64,000 bases of DNA from Candidatus Magasanikiibacteriota bacterium. Its GTDB lineage: Bacteria > Patescibacteriota > Patescibacteriia > Magasanikbacterales > GWA2-37-8. The notes under the pieces are model-generated. The model saw nothing but the letters and a program-made list of their open reading frames with translations, ran no database searches and had not been told where the DNA came from. Position 1 is the first letter of the stretch. Every line of letters starts with the position of its first letter. The DNA lies in the NCBI GenBank assembly GCA_030650025.1, contig JAUSEN010000009.1, forward strand, positions 29,144 through 93,143, given 5' to 3'. The position numbers and the translations under genes were made by a program. This document shows, piece by piece, positions 18,680 through 28,944 of the stretch.

Positions 18680-18741
18680 GAAGTTCGCCACCCGGCTGTT
18701 TCCAAAAATTTTAGAAATAGCAGGGTAGTGGGGCGAACTTC
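18680..18741. repeat. imperfect long hairpin at the left junction of high-GC island C
   Basis: gaagttcgccacc...ggtagtggggcgaacttc. Confidence 0.45.
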
Positions 18742-18760
18742 AGCCTCTCTACCTTTCTTC

Positions 18761-19003
18761 TCACCGGCGGGCGTAGCGCCGCCTCTCCTGGTTGCAGCGC
18801 CAAGCCAGGAACCCTGCCAGGAGGCAGAGGCGCACGATGGTGAGCCAGGGGAGAGCGCTGGCCCGGGCGCTGATGAAGGCGAAGCTCATCGCCTGGCAAA
18901 CGCCCCTGACTTCTTTCCGCTTCACGATTTTCAGACCGCGCCGCAGCGCGGCCAGGTGGCAGCCCAGCGAGCAGGCTGCGATTTCGATCGTGTATCTTTT
19001 CAT
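18761..19003 (-). CDS. small (80 aa) membrane protein, high-GC island C
   Basis: MKRYTIEIAACSLGCHLAAL...LPWLTIVRLCLLAGFLAWRC with SD gaggaggctgccATG. The tool ORF runs to 19195, but the GC switch and SD favour the ATG at 19003. Confidence 0.35.
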   Translation of the reverse strand: MKRYTIEIAACSLGCHLAALRRGLKIVKRKEVRGVCQAMSFAFISARASALPWLTIVRLCLLAGFLAWRCNQERRRYARR

Positions 19004-19106
19004 GGCAGCCTCCTCAAGTTGGGGTTGACTGTTATCTAAACATGTTTTAAAAAAATAGGCAAATAAAAACCCTGTACCAGAACGGTACAGGGTTAATATA
19101 TTTTTG

Positions 19107-19172
19107 AAGTTCGTCGTCACCTTCTGGGGATAATTTAATATTTTCCCAAGAAGGTGATGCGACGACGAACTT
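19107..19172. repeat. imperfect long hairpin inside island C, between its two genes
   Basis: gaagttcgtcgtcaccttct ... agaaggtgatgcgacgacgaacttg. Confidence 0.45.
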
Positions 19173-19225
19173 GATACTGTTCGCTGTCGCACCACTTTGT
19201 GCGTGGTGCGTGTTGTCCCTTGGTG

Positions 19226-19837
19226 CTAGACGCGCGGGTGGCGCTCTCCGCGGCCGAGCAGGTTCTCGAAGAGCCCGTGCAGTTCTGCCGGGAGGTCGGC
19301 GAGCGCCTTTTCGAACGTGTCGGCCGGCTCGTGGCGGTCGATCTCGATCCTGATCCGGACCGAGAGCCCAGAGCGCGTGAAGCGCTCCTTGAGGTCGGGG
19401 CGGCTGTCGAACGCGGCCTTGAGCACCGCGCCCAGCTCCTGGGCGAGCGCCTCGGGCTCGTTGCTCTGGCTGGTCCCCGAGCCGTTGCCGCCCGCCGCCT
19501 GGTCGGTGGTGCCGCCCGTCCTGGCGGAGTTGAGCGGGTTGCCGAACATCTCGAAGAGCGAAGCGATCCCGGGCGGCATCTCGCGCGGCTGCGCGGCGAG
19601 GCCGTCGAGCTTACCTTCGTTCTGGAGACGGAGAACCTCGGCCGCGAGCGCCTTGCCCTCGGCTTTGGTGCCTCTCATGCCGAGCAGGTCGCCGACAGCG
19701 GTGTCGAGCTCGGCCCGGCTACCGAACACCACCTTCTTGCCGTCGGCGCGGTGGACCATGCCGTGCGCGCCGCAGTTGGTGCACATCTTGATCCTGGGCT
19801 TGGGCTGGTCACCCTGCCCCGTCTTCTTTCTGGTCAT
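19226..19837 (-). CDS. hypothetical protein with an N-terminal Cys cluster (high-GC island C)
   Basis: 203 aa with MCTNCGAHGMVH near the N-terminus and SD ggaaggaaggtggccaATG. Third-position GC exceeds first-position GC on this strand; the antisense ORFs show the opposite. Confidence 0.4.
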   Translation of the reverse strand: MTRKKTGQGDQPKPRIKMCTNCGAHGMVHRADGKKVVFGSRAELDTAVGDLLGMRGTKAEGKALAAEVLRLQNEGKLDGLAAQPREMPPGIASLFEMFGNPLNSARTGGTTDQAAGGNGSGTSQSNEPEALAQELGAVLKAAFDSRPDLKERFTRSGLSVRIRIEIDRHEPADTFEKALADLPAELHGLFENLLGRGERHPRV

Positions 19838-20092
19838 TGGCCACCTTCCTTCCGCTCCCTCGTGATTGAGGGGAAGAAAGTCGACAACTGTTATCGCCTA
19901 TCTTCCCATCAATACGAATCAGAAAATGACTAGGAAGTGTAGCAAAAAAAGAGATATGTGTAAAGGCTCAAAATTGAACGCTGACCTTACCCTGTGGATA
20001 ATTTTTATATAAAAAGTCGGCCAAACTATTTTTTTATCTAACTTTAGCCAAAAAATTACTGCTCTTGACAACCACTTATCCGCCAGTTCCAT

Positions 20093-20121
20093 TTGACAAA
20101 CTATTCATTATTATATATAAT
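20093..20121 (+). promoter_or_regulatory. Consensus sigma70 promoter TTGACA-17-TATAAT for rpoBC.
   Basis: tttgacaaactattcattattatataat. A second TTGACA lies 28 nt upstream. It is followed by a roughly 370-nt leader. Confidence 0.6.
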
Positions 20122-20493
20122 GCCGACACTTTCATAACTTTCGTCCGTGTACTCTGCTCGATTTTTGCTAAATTTAGCCTAAATTTGGGGAGTATGCTGC
20201 GCCCTTTGGGCGCCCTTGCCATGCGCTTTGCCATGCACTTTAGTTAGAATCAATTTCGCCAAACCCCGCCCGGGCGATTTTTTTGTTGTTAACTCTCGAA
20301 ATTTTCAAGCCTCGAGTTTATTACAGAGGCGAAGAAAATTTAGCAAGAGTTAACAATCCGCCGAAGTTCTGCGAAGCAGAACGTAGGCGGATAACTAAAT
20401 GGGCAAATAGCTGAATTGAAAAAAATTTAAGCGGCGCAAAATTTTGAAAATAAAAACAAAATTTAAATTTTTTTAAACTTAAACTCTTCCTCT

Positions 20494-23400
20494 ATGCCCA
20501 TGTTCAAACGCCAGCCTTTAAAAAAGTTTGAGCGGGTGTTTTTTGGTAACACGCAAAGTGCCATGCCGACTCCGGATTTAATTGAGATCCAAAAAAACTC
20601 TTATGACTGGTTTTTAAAATTTGGCATTAAAGAATTGTTTGAAGAAGTTTCGCCGATTACGGATTTTTCCGGGCGCGATTTAGAACTGCATTTAGACGGC
20701 TATTATTTGGACGAACCTCGTTTTGACGAAGTCACTTGCCGCCAGCGCAACATTACCTTTGAGGCTCCCCTGCGCGTTACCGCGCGCCTCCTTAATAAGC
20801 GCACTCAAGAAGTCAAGACCCAAGAAATTTATTTGGGCGATGTGCCGGTTATGACGGAACGGGGCACGTTTGTGGTTAACGGCATTGAGCGTGTGGTGGT
20901 TTCGCAATTGATTCGTTCCGCCGGCGCCTTTTTTACCGCCGAAAATGTCCGTGGCCGCCGCTACTATGGGGCCAAAATCATTCCTAATCGCGGCGCCTGG
21001 ATTGAAATTGAAACCGACCAGAGCAACGTTGTCTGGATTAAAGTAGACCGCAAGCGCAAAGTCGCGGCCACTTCTTTAATCCGCGCTTTTGGCATGAAAA
21101 GTAATGAAGATATTGCCCAGGCTTTCGCTGGTGTTAATAAACATCCGAGCCTTGATTTTGTGGAAGCCACCATTAAAAAAGACAACGCCACCAGCATGGA
21201 TGAAGGTTTAATTGAAGTGTACAAGCGCATCCGCCCGGGCGACCTCGCCACCGCCGACAATGCCAAGAGTTTGATTTACGCTATGTTCTTTAATTTTGAA
21301 CGCTATGATTTAGGTCGCGTTGGCGTTTACAAATTTAACACCAAATTCGACCTCGGTTATTCCTATGAGGATTTTGAGAAAAAAGAAAATCGTGTTTTGT
21401 CCCTCGAAAAATTATTATTAGTTCTTAAAGAAATAGTGCGCTTAAATATATCGCAAGAAGAACCGGATGATGTTGACCATCTTGGCAACCGCCGCGTGCG
21501 AGCGGTTGGCGAACTAACCCAAAACCGCTTCCGCGTGGGGTTAGCCCGCATGGAGCGCATTATCAAGGACCGCATGAGCACATATGATATTAACGACCTC
21601 TCTCCTAATAAACTCATCAACGCCCGGCCGGTCACGAGCGCCATTCGTGAATTTTTTATGAGTTCGCAGTTAAGTCAGTTCATGGACCAAACTAATCCTT
21701 TGGCCGAGCTCGAACACAAGCGCCGCCTTTCCGCCCTCGGGCCCGGTGGCTTATCGCGCGACCGCGCTGGCTTTGAAGTGCGCGACGTGCACACCACCCA
21801 CTATGGCCGCATTTGCCCGATTGCCACCCCCGAAGGCCCAAATATCGGCCTCGTTAACCACCTGTCTAGCTACGCGCGTATTAATGAATTTGGTTTTATC
21901 GAAACTCCTTACCGCAAAGTCCTGCGCGAAGTAGCGAATGACCCCAAGCTGTCCGAGGGCGAAATTGTGCGCGGCGATATTGCCGGCGCGAGTGATGGCG
22001 CGGTTATCACCGCCGACCTGGCCGCGAAACTCGCTAAAGCGAAGCTCAAAACTATTCCCGTTCGCTCCCGTCTCACCAACGAAATTATTTATCTCAATTC
22101 TTTTAAAGAAGAAAAAGTTATCACCGCCGCGGCTAGCGTGAAAACCGATGAGTCCGGCTATTTTCTCGAGCGTGAAGTGCCGGCCCGCGTTAATGGCAAA
22201 CCCAGTGTTTCTCTCACTGAAAATCTTGATTATGTTGACGTTGCCTCTAACGAAATTGTCAGCATCGCCACTTCAATGATCCCGTTTTTAGAGCATGATG
22301 ACGCCACCCGCGCCTTGATGGGCACTAACATGCAGCGCCAGGCCGTGCCTTGCATCCGCCCCGAGCCACCGCTCGTGGGCACTGGCATTGAACATGAAGG
22401 CGCCAAATATAGCGGCCAAGCTGTGATTGCCCCGGAGGATGGCGAAATCTCGGCTCTTGATGGCAGCCAAATTATTCTTAAGACCAAAAAAGGCAAGGAT
22501 ATTAAATTTGATCTCAATAAATTTGTCCGCTCCAACGCGTCTACCTGCATCAATCAGCATCCGTCCGTAAGTCTTGGCGACAAAGTTAAACGCGGTGATT
22601 TTCTCTCTGATGGGCCGAGCATCTCGCAAGGCGAGCTGGCTCTTGGCCAAAACGTGTTGGTGGCTTACATGGTGTGGGACGGTTTTAACTACGAAGACGC
22701 GGTGATCCTCTCCGAGCGCTTGGTGCAAAGCGATCGCTACAGCTCTATTCATATTGAAGACTATACTATTGATGTTTGCGAAACAAAACTTGGGCCCGAA
22801 GTTGTTACTAGCGATATCCCGAACGTCAGTGAAGAAAAACTTAAAAATCTTGATTCCGAGGGCATCATTCGCATCGGCGCCGAAGTAAAAAGCGGCGATA
22901 TTCTGGTAGGTAAAATTACTCCAAAAGGCGAGACCGAGCTCTCGGCCGAGGAAAGGCTCCTGCGCGCTATTTTTGGCGAAAAAGCCCGCGATGTGCGCGA
23001 TTCTTCGCTGTATCTCGAACATGGCGAGCATGGCAAAGTAATTGATATCAAAGTTTTCTCCGCGGAAAATGGCGATAAACTCGAACCTGGCGTTATTAAA
23101 CAAATTCAAGTCACCGTGGCGGATCTGCGCAAAATTCAAGTCGGCGACAAAATGGCTGGCCGCCACGGTAACAAAGGTGTTATTTCTCGCGTGGTGCCCG
23201 CGGCTGATATGCCGTTTTTAGAAGATGGCACTCCGGTAGACATCATTCTCTCGCCCCTCGGTGTTATTTCTCGTATGAACCTCGGCCAACTTCTCGAAAC
23301 TCACCTTGGCCTCGCGGCCAATGCTTTGGGTTACAAGGCCGCTTCTCCAGTTTTGAATGGCATAAAAGAAGAGCAGATTAAAGGTGAACTGCAAAAAGCG

Positions 23401-23931
23401 GGTATGCCTACTTCTGGCCAAGTTCAACTTTACGATGGCCGCACCGGCGAACCTTTTGACAATAAAACCACCATTGGTTACAACTACATGCTGAAATTAA
23501 ACCACATGGTAGAAGATAAAATTCACCAGCGCAGTATTGGGCCTTACAGCTTAATCACGCAACAGCCCCTTGGCGGTAAAGCGCAATTTGGCGGCCAGCG
23601 GTTTGGCGAAATGGAAGTTTGGGCGCTCGAAGCCTATGGCGCCGCGCACACTTTGCAAGAAATGCTCACTATCAAGAGCGACGATGTGCAGGGTCGCTCT
23701 AAAGCCTACGAAGCGATTATTAAGGGCGAACCAGTGAACAAAGTAAATATTCCGGAATCATTTAATGTTTTGGTTCGGGAACTTAAAGGTCTGTGTTTAG
23801 ACGTGGAACTTTTAAAGCGCTCCGAGTCTGGCGACTATCGCCCGGCCGAAGAAGTGCGCGCCGAAAACGAGCGCACCCGTCGCGCCGCTCCCTCCGCGTT
23901 GCCTGCCGGAGAGCCCGCCGCCGAGTCCTAA
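20494..23931 (+). CDS. rpoB: DNA-directed RNA polymerase subunit beta
   Basis: 1145 aa with conserved rif-region and catalytic motifs (NMQRQAVP, GDKMAGRHGNKG). Confidence 0.97.
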   Translation: MPMFKRQPLKKFERVFFGNTQSAMPTPDLIEIQKNSYDWFLKFGIKELFEEVSPITDFSGRDLELHLDGYYLDEPRFDEVTCRQRNITFEAPLRVTARLLNKRTQEVKTQEIYLGDVPVMTERGTFVVNGIERVVVSQLIRSAGAFFTAENVRGRRYYGAKIIPNRGAWIEIETDQSNVVWIKVDRKRKVAATSLIRAFGMKSNEDIAQAFAGVNKHPSLDFVEATIKKDNATSMDEGLIEVYKRIRPGDLATADNAKSLIYAMFFNFERYDLGRVGVYKFNTKFDLGYSYEDFEKKENRVLSLEKLLLVLKEIVRLNISQEEPDDVDHLGNRRVRAVGELTQNRFRVGLARMERIIKDRMSTYDINDLSPNKLINARPVTSAIREFFMSSQLSQFMDQTNPLAELEHKRRLSALGPGGLSRDRAGFEVRDVHTTHYGRICPIATPEGPNIGLVNHLSSYARINEFGFIETPYRKVLREVANDPKLSEGEIVRGDIAGASDGAVITADLAAKLAKAKLKTIPVRSRLTNEIIYLNSFKEEKVITAAASVKTDESGYFLEREVPARVNGKPSVSLTENLDYVDVASNEIVSIATSMIPFLEHDDATRALMGTNMQRQAVPCIRPEPPLVGTGIEHEGAKYSGQAVIAPEDGEISALDGSQIILKTKKGKDIKFDLNKFVRSNASTCINQHPSVSLGDKVKRGDFLSDGPSISQGELALGQNVLVAYMVWDGFNYEDAVILSERLVQSDRYSSIHIEDYTIDVCETKLGPEVVTSDIPNVSEEKLKNLDSEGIIRIGAEVKSGDILVGKITPKGETELSAEERLLRAIFGEKARDVRDSSLYLEHGEHGKVIDIKVFSAENGDKLEPGVIKQIQVTVADLRKIQVGDKMAGRHGNKGVISRVVPAADMPFLEDGTPVDIILSPLGVISRMNLGQLLETHLGLAANALGYKAASPVLNGIKEEQIKGELQKAGMPTSGQVQLYDGRTGEPFDNKTTIGYNYMLKLNHMVEDKIHQRSIGPYSLITQQPLGGKAQFGGQRFGEMEVWALEAYGAAHTLQEMLTIKSDDVQGRSKAYEAIIKGEPVNKVNIPESFNVLVRELKGLCLDVELLKRSESGDYRPAEEVRAENERTRRAAPSALPAGEPAAES

Positions 23932-23964
23932 AACCTTTTTTTCACGCACTTTTTTCTTACCCTT

Positions 23965-26900
23965 ATGACAACCAATCGCGACCAAATGCATTCCATGGAC
24001 TTTGACGCTATCCGTTTGCGTTTAGCCAGCCCCGAAGTAATAAGAGGCTGGAGCTATGGCGAAGTCTCTAAGCCCGAAACCATCAATTACCGCACCCAAA
24101 AACCGGAAAAAGGCGGCCTGTTTGCCGAAGAAATTTTTGGCCCTACCAAAGATTGGGAGTGTTATTGCGGCAAATATAAAAAAATCCGTTACAAAGGCAT
24201 TATCTGCGACAAGTGCGGCGTGGAGGTTACGCACTCGCTCGTGCGCCGCGAACGCATGGGGCATATCGAGTTGATCTCCCCGGTCACTCACATCTGGTTT
24301 TTGCGCTCGGTGCCTAGCAAAGTTGGCCTCGTTCTCGATCTTTCGGCCCAGGCTCTCGAGAAAGTTATTTATTTTGCTTCTTTTATTATTACGCACGTGG
24401 ATGATGACGGTAAAAAGCAAGCTTCGGATCAGTTGCGCCAAGAATACAAATCCAAGCGCAAACAAATCGACAGTGAGTTTGAAGCCGCCATTAAAACCGC
24501 CAATGATGAGAAGGCCAATGCCAAGGCTTTGAAGGCGATTCAAGATGAAACCGAACGCAAGCGCAAAGCTTTAGAGCAGGATTTTGTCCAAGCTGACAAA
24601 GAACTTAAAGAAATCCAGCTTCTGCGTATTGTTTCCGAAAATAAATACCAAGAGTTGTCCCTGCGTTATGGGCATTTGTTCGAAGCCTCGATTGGCGCCG
24701 AAGCGGTTTTCAATTTGCTTGCGCGCATTAATTTAGAGCAAACCATTGAGCACTTAACTACCGAACAACAGCAAGTAAAAGGGGCCAAATTGGAACGTAT
24801 TATTCGCCGGCGTAAACTTCTCAAGAGTTTGGCGCTTAACAAAATTCGCCCCGAATGGATGATTCTCAAAAATATCCCGGTTATTCCGCCGGATTTGCGC
24901 CCGATGGTCGCGCTCGATGGCGGCCGTTTTGCCACCAGCGACCTCAACGATTTATATCGCCGCGTTATTAACCGCAACAATCGTTTGCGCCGCCTGCTAG
25001 AACTTGATGCCCCCGAAGTTATCTGCCGTAACGAAAAGCGCATGCTTCAAGAAGCCGTGGACGCTCTGATTGATAATAGCGCCCGCCAAAGCAAAACTGT
25101 CACGGCTTCAACCGGTCAAAAACGGCAACTCCGTTCTTTGGCCGACATTCTCAAAGGCAAACAAGGGCGGTTCCGCCAAAATTTGCTTGGTAAACGCGTG
25201 GACTACTCTGGCCGCTCGGTGATCGTGGTTGGCCCCCAGCTTAACATTGACGAATGCGGCCTCCCGAAGCGCATGGCTCTAGAACTGTTCAAACCCTTTA
25301 TCATGGGCGAAATTATTAAACGGGAATTGGCCCATAATGTGCGTTCCGCCTCTCGCTTTATTGAAGCCGAACACGATGAGGTTTGGGACATTTTAGAAGA
25401 ACTTACCAAAAATACTCGCGTCTTATTAAATCGCGCCCCCACTTTGCATCGCCTTGGTATTCAGGCTTTTCACCCTCGCTTAGTTGAAGGTAAAGCCATT
25501 CAGCTTCACCCTTTGGTCTGCACGGCTTTTAACGCGGACTTTGACGGCGACCAAATGGCCGTGCACCTGCCCCTTACTGCCGAAGCGCGCGAGGAGGCCG
25601 ACACCTTAATGGCCGCGGAAAAAAATCTTCTTAAGCCCGCCACGGGCCAACCGGTTATTACCCCTAAGCAAGATATCGCGCTCGGCTGTTTTTACTTAAC
25701 CAAATACAACAGCGAGGATACCGCTCCGGTCACCAAGTTTTATGGCTCGGAAAAAGAAGCTAAACTCGCGTACAAAGCTCGCCAGGTAACTTTGCACGAA
25801 CGCATTAAAGTGCGTTTTGCCAACATGGAAAAATTCCCCGAGGGCACCTCGAATATGATCGAAACTTCGATTGGCCGGGTGATTTTTAATGATGTTATTC
25901 CGGGCAAATTGCCGTACTTCAACGAAACTATCAACGTCAAGCGCCTGGCCGAAATTATTAGGCTCTGCCTCGAAATTTATGGCCAGCAAGCGACCGCCTA
26001 CTTCTTGGACGAGCTTAAGAACATGGGCTACCGCTATGTGACGAAGAGCGGTTATTCGCTCGGCATGGACGATTTCCCTAGTATTGTGCAAAAGGGCGAC
26101 CTTATTAAAGCCGCCGACGAGATGATTCGCCAGACTGAAAGCGAATTTGGCGATGGTCTCTTGACGCAAGCCGAGCGCCACACCAAAATTTTAGAAGTCT
26201 GGACCACGACTAAAGACAAAATCCTCTCCCACACCAGGGGCGTGCTCGATAAAAATGGCCCGGTCTATGCCATGATCGATTCCGGCGCCCGCGGCACGTA
26301 TGGCCAGCTCGGCCAGGTTATGGGCATGAAGGGCTTGGTAGTTTCGCCTTCTGGCGATATCATCGAACTGCCGATTAAAGGCAACTTTAAAGAAGGCTTT
26401 GATGTGCTGGAATTTTTTATTTCAAGTCACGGCACCAGAAAAGGCCTCTCCGACACGGCCTTGCGCACTGCCAACGCCGGTTATTTAACCCGCCGTTTAG
26501 TGGATGTGTCCCAAGACGTGGTCGTTATTGAAGATAATTGTGGCGATACCTATGGCGAAATTTTCACGACCGAACAGTCCAAAGAAATGGGCGAGAAGTT
26601 AGCTGATCGCGTTTGGGGCCGCTATGTTCTGGCCGATGTTAAAGTTGGTCGCAAGACTATTGTTAAAGCGGACGAAGCGATTGATGACAAAGCCGCGCGC
26701 GTCATTGAAGAAGCTAACACAACTGGTAATCTCGACACTATTCACGTGCGTTCCATTATGCAGTGTAAATTGCCTAAAGGCGTTTGTCGCAAATGCTACG
26801 GGTTTGACCTCGCGACCAACGCCCCGGTTGCGACTGGCGCCGCGGTGGGCATTGTGGCCGCGCAAAGTATCGGCGAACCGGGCACCCAGCTTACCCTGCG

Positions 26901-27864
26901 CACCTTCCATACCGGTGGCGTCGCCGGCGGCGATATTACTCAAGGTTTGCCGCGCGTGGAAGAGTTGTTTGAAGTGCGCGTCCCCAAACATCAAGCCGTG
27001 CTCTCGGCCGTGGCCGGCCAGATAGAGATTGAAGATGCCGACGGCAAAATTATCACCTCCGCTTCAGGCAAAAAGATCTTCGAAGGCCGCCGCGGGCAGA
27101 AAATAATCAAGGTTCACTTTGAGGGCATGGATGAAATGAAAATTAAAACCAAATCCGAAGACGAAATTTTGATTAAAGATGGCGGTGAAGTTACCAAAGA
27201 CGACGTGGTCGTGGTGCGCGGCTCCTCGGGCGAAGAAATTCGCGCCAAGTATGACAGCGTCGTTAAAATCACCAAGAATACCGTGACGCTCTCTTACAAT
27301 GGCCCCAAAGTTCAAGAATATGTTGTCCCCCTGGGTTATAAACTTTTGGTTAAAGAGAAAGATATCGTAGTGAAGGGTCAGCAATTAACCGACGGCAGTA
27401 TCCATATGCAAGAATTGTACGAACTTAAGGATCGCTACGCCGTGCAACGCTATGTTTTGCAAGAAGTGCAAAACATTTATTCTTCGCAGGGTCAAAAAGT
27501 TAACGACAAACACGTTGAACTCCTCATCCGTCAAATGTTTAGCCGCGTGTATGTGGAAGACGCGGGCGATACTGATCTTCTCCCCGGCGAAATCGTGGAA
27601 AAAGGCCAGATGGTAATTGCCAACCGTTTGGCCAAAAAGGCTGGCGTTAAACTAGCCGCTGGCCGCGAGCTATTGCTTGGCATCTCTAAAGTCGCGCTCT
27701 CCACCCAAAGTTTCCTCTCTTCGGCCAGTTTCCAAGAAACCGCTCGCGTTCTCATCAACACCGCTTCCACCGGCAAAATCGATTATCTCGAGGGCCTTAA
27801 AGAAAATGTTATCATCGGCCGCCTAATTCCGGCTGGGACTGGGTTTAAACAGGCAGAAAAATAA
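23965..27864 (+). CDS. rpoC: DNA-directed RNA polymerase subunit beta'
   Basis: 1299 aa with zinc finger CGKYKKIRYKGIICDKCG and catalytic NADFDGDQM. Confidence 0.97.
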   Translation: MTTNRDQMHSMDFDAIRLRLASPEVIRGWSYGEVSKPETINYRTQKPEKGGLFAEEIFGPTKDWECYCGKYKKIRYKGIICDKCGVEVTHSLVRRERMGHIELISPVTHIWFLRSVPSKVGLVLDLSAQALEKVIYFASFIITHVDDDGKKQASDQLRQEYKSKRKQIDSEFEAAIKTANDEKANAKALKAIQDETERKRKALEQDFVQADKELKEIQLLRIVSENKYQELSLRYGHLFEASIGAEAVFNLLARINLEQTIEHLTTEQQQVKGAKLERIIRRRKLLKSLALNKIRPEWMILKNIPVIPPDLRPMVALDGGRFATSDLNDLYRRVINRNNRLRRLLELDAPEVICRNEKRMLQEAVDALIDNSARQSKTVTASTGQKRQLRSLADILKGKQGRFRQNLLGKRVDYSGRSVIVVGPQLNIDECGLPKRMALELFKPFIMGEIIKRELAHNVRSASRFIEAEHDEVWDILEELTKNTRVLLNRAPTLHRLGIQAFHPRLVEGKAIQLHPLVCTAFNADFDGDQMAVHLPLTAEAREEADTLMAAEKNLLKPATGQPVITPKQDIALGCFYLTKYNSEDTAPVTKFYGSEKEAKLAYKARQVTLHERIKVRFANMEKFPEGTSNMIETSIGRVIFNDVIPGKLPYFNETINVKRLAEIIRLCLEIYGQQATAYFLDELKNMGYRYVTKSGYSLGMDDFPSIVQKGDLIKAADEMIRQTESEFGDGLLTQAERHTKILEVWTTTKDKILSHTRGVLDKNGPVYAMIDSGARGTYGQLGQVMGMKGLVVSPSGDIIELPIKGNFKEGFDVLEFFISSHGTRKGLSDTALRTANAGYLTRRLVDVSQDVVVIEDNCGDTYGEIFTTEQSKEMGEKLADRVWGRYVLADVKVGRKTIVKADEAIDDKAARVIEEANTTGNLDTIHVRSIMQCKLPKGVCRKCYGFDLATNAPVATGAAVGIVAAQSIGEPGTQLTLRTFHTGGVAGGDITQGLPRVEELFEVRVPKHQAVLSAVAGQIEIEDADGKIITSASGKKIFEGRRGQKIIKVHFEGMDEMKIKTKSEDEILIKDGGEVTKDDVVVVRGSSGEEIRAKYDSVVKITKNTVTLSYNGPKVQEYVVPLGYKLLVKEKDIVVKGQQLTDGSIHMQELYELKDRYAVQRYVLQEVQNIYSSQGQKVNDKHVELLIRQMFSRVYVEDAGDTDLLPGEIVEKGQMVIANRLAKKAGVKLAAGRELLLGISKVALSTQSFLSSASFQETARVLINTASTGKIDYLEGLKENVIIGRLIPAGTGFKQAEK

Positions 27865-27882
27865 AATCGAATTTTATCAAAA

Positions 27883-27910
27883 ACACCCAGACGTAAAGCC
27901 GGGGTGTTTT
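27883..27910 (+). terminator. rho-independent terminator after rpoC
   Basis: acaccc-agacgtaaagccg-gggtgt followed by tttt. Confidence 0.55.
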
Positions 27911-27976
27911 GCTATTTGCGTTTTAATATTTTAGCGTAGAGATTTTTTTACCAAATCCGCGCTTATTTGCAAAGCA

Positions 27977-28180
27977 TTAAGCGCCATATTGTTCAAAGTA
28001 ATTTACCAACGCTAATTTTTTACCCGGATCAATATGCAGTTTTGGTAAAAATTTTTTAATCATGAGCGGATCAAGGCCGCGCAACTCCCCATAATTAATT
28101 TTACGTTCTAAAAACCACCGCCATTCGGGCGCTGTTTTTGGCCTCCAATTTTTGGTTATTTTATAATCCCACAGCTTCAT
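27977..28180 (-). CDS. hypothetical small protein (67 aa)
   Basis: Trp/Lys-rich ORF with no recognisable family. Confidence 0.25.
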   Translation of the reverse strand: MKLWDYKITKNWRPKTAPEWRWFLERKINYGELRGLDPLMIKKFLPKLHIDPGKKLALVNYFEQYGA

Positions 28181-28325
28181 AGTATTTGACGTTAATAGTG
28201 TATAGTATATGTTTCACCGTCACAGATGTCAATTTGACATTTGACTTGATATTTTTGACATTCAGACCCAAAAAAGCTAAACTACCATCAATTAAGTTAT
28301 TTATTTATATATTTAATTAACCACT

Positions 28326-28913
28326 ATGAATATGAAGAAATATCTCGTCGAAGGGTTTGGGGCGTTTTTGTTAACGCTCGTCGTGGGTTTTTCGCTCGCG
28401 GGCGACTTCTCGGTCGCGACCCCCATTTTAGCTGGCTTAACGCTCGGACTTTTTGTGTATACGGCGGGCGGCTTCTCGGGCGCCCATATTAACCCCGCAG
28501 TTACGATTGGCGTTTGGAGCCTCAAAAAAATTAGTACCAAAGACGCCCTTAGCTATATCATTGCCCAGTTTGTGGGCGCGGGCTTTGCTATGCTCGTGGT
28601 AGGCGCTTTTGCTATGCCAGCTCCTCTCGCTATCGCTAACACTTGGGCCGTGGGGTTGGCCGAAGCGCTCGGCACCATGGTCTTTACTTTTGGCATTGCG
28701 GCTGTGGTTTACGAAAGAGTTCCGGTGGATGCCCGCGGCCTGGTCATTGGTGGCTCGCTTCTTCTTGGCATCTCTATTGCCGCCGTGGCTTCTAACGGCG
28801 TATTAAATCCGGCCGTGGCATTTGGCATTGGTTCGTTTTCTTGGGTTTACGTTCTCTCTCCCATAGTCGGCTCTCTTCTCGGCATGAATTTATATCGGTG
28901 GTTTAACAAATAA
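28326..28913 (+). CDS. MIP/aquaporin-family channel
   Basis: Two NPA boxes (SGAHINPAVT and NPAVAFG) and 6 TM segments. At 195 aa it is shorter than canonical. Confidence 0.75.
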   Translation: MNMKKYLVEGFGAFLLTLVVGFSLAGDFSVATPILAGLTLGLFVYTAGGFSGAHINPAVTIGVWSLKKISTKDALSYIIAQFVGAGFAMLVVGAFAMPAPLAIANTWAVGLAEALGTMVFTFGIAAVVYERVPVDARGLVIGGSLLLGISIAAVASNGVLNPAVAFGIGSFSWVYVLSPIVGSLLGMNLYRWFNK

Positions 28914-28944
28914 TCATACGCCGTAAAAGCCTGCCGGATATTTT

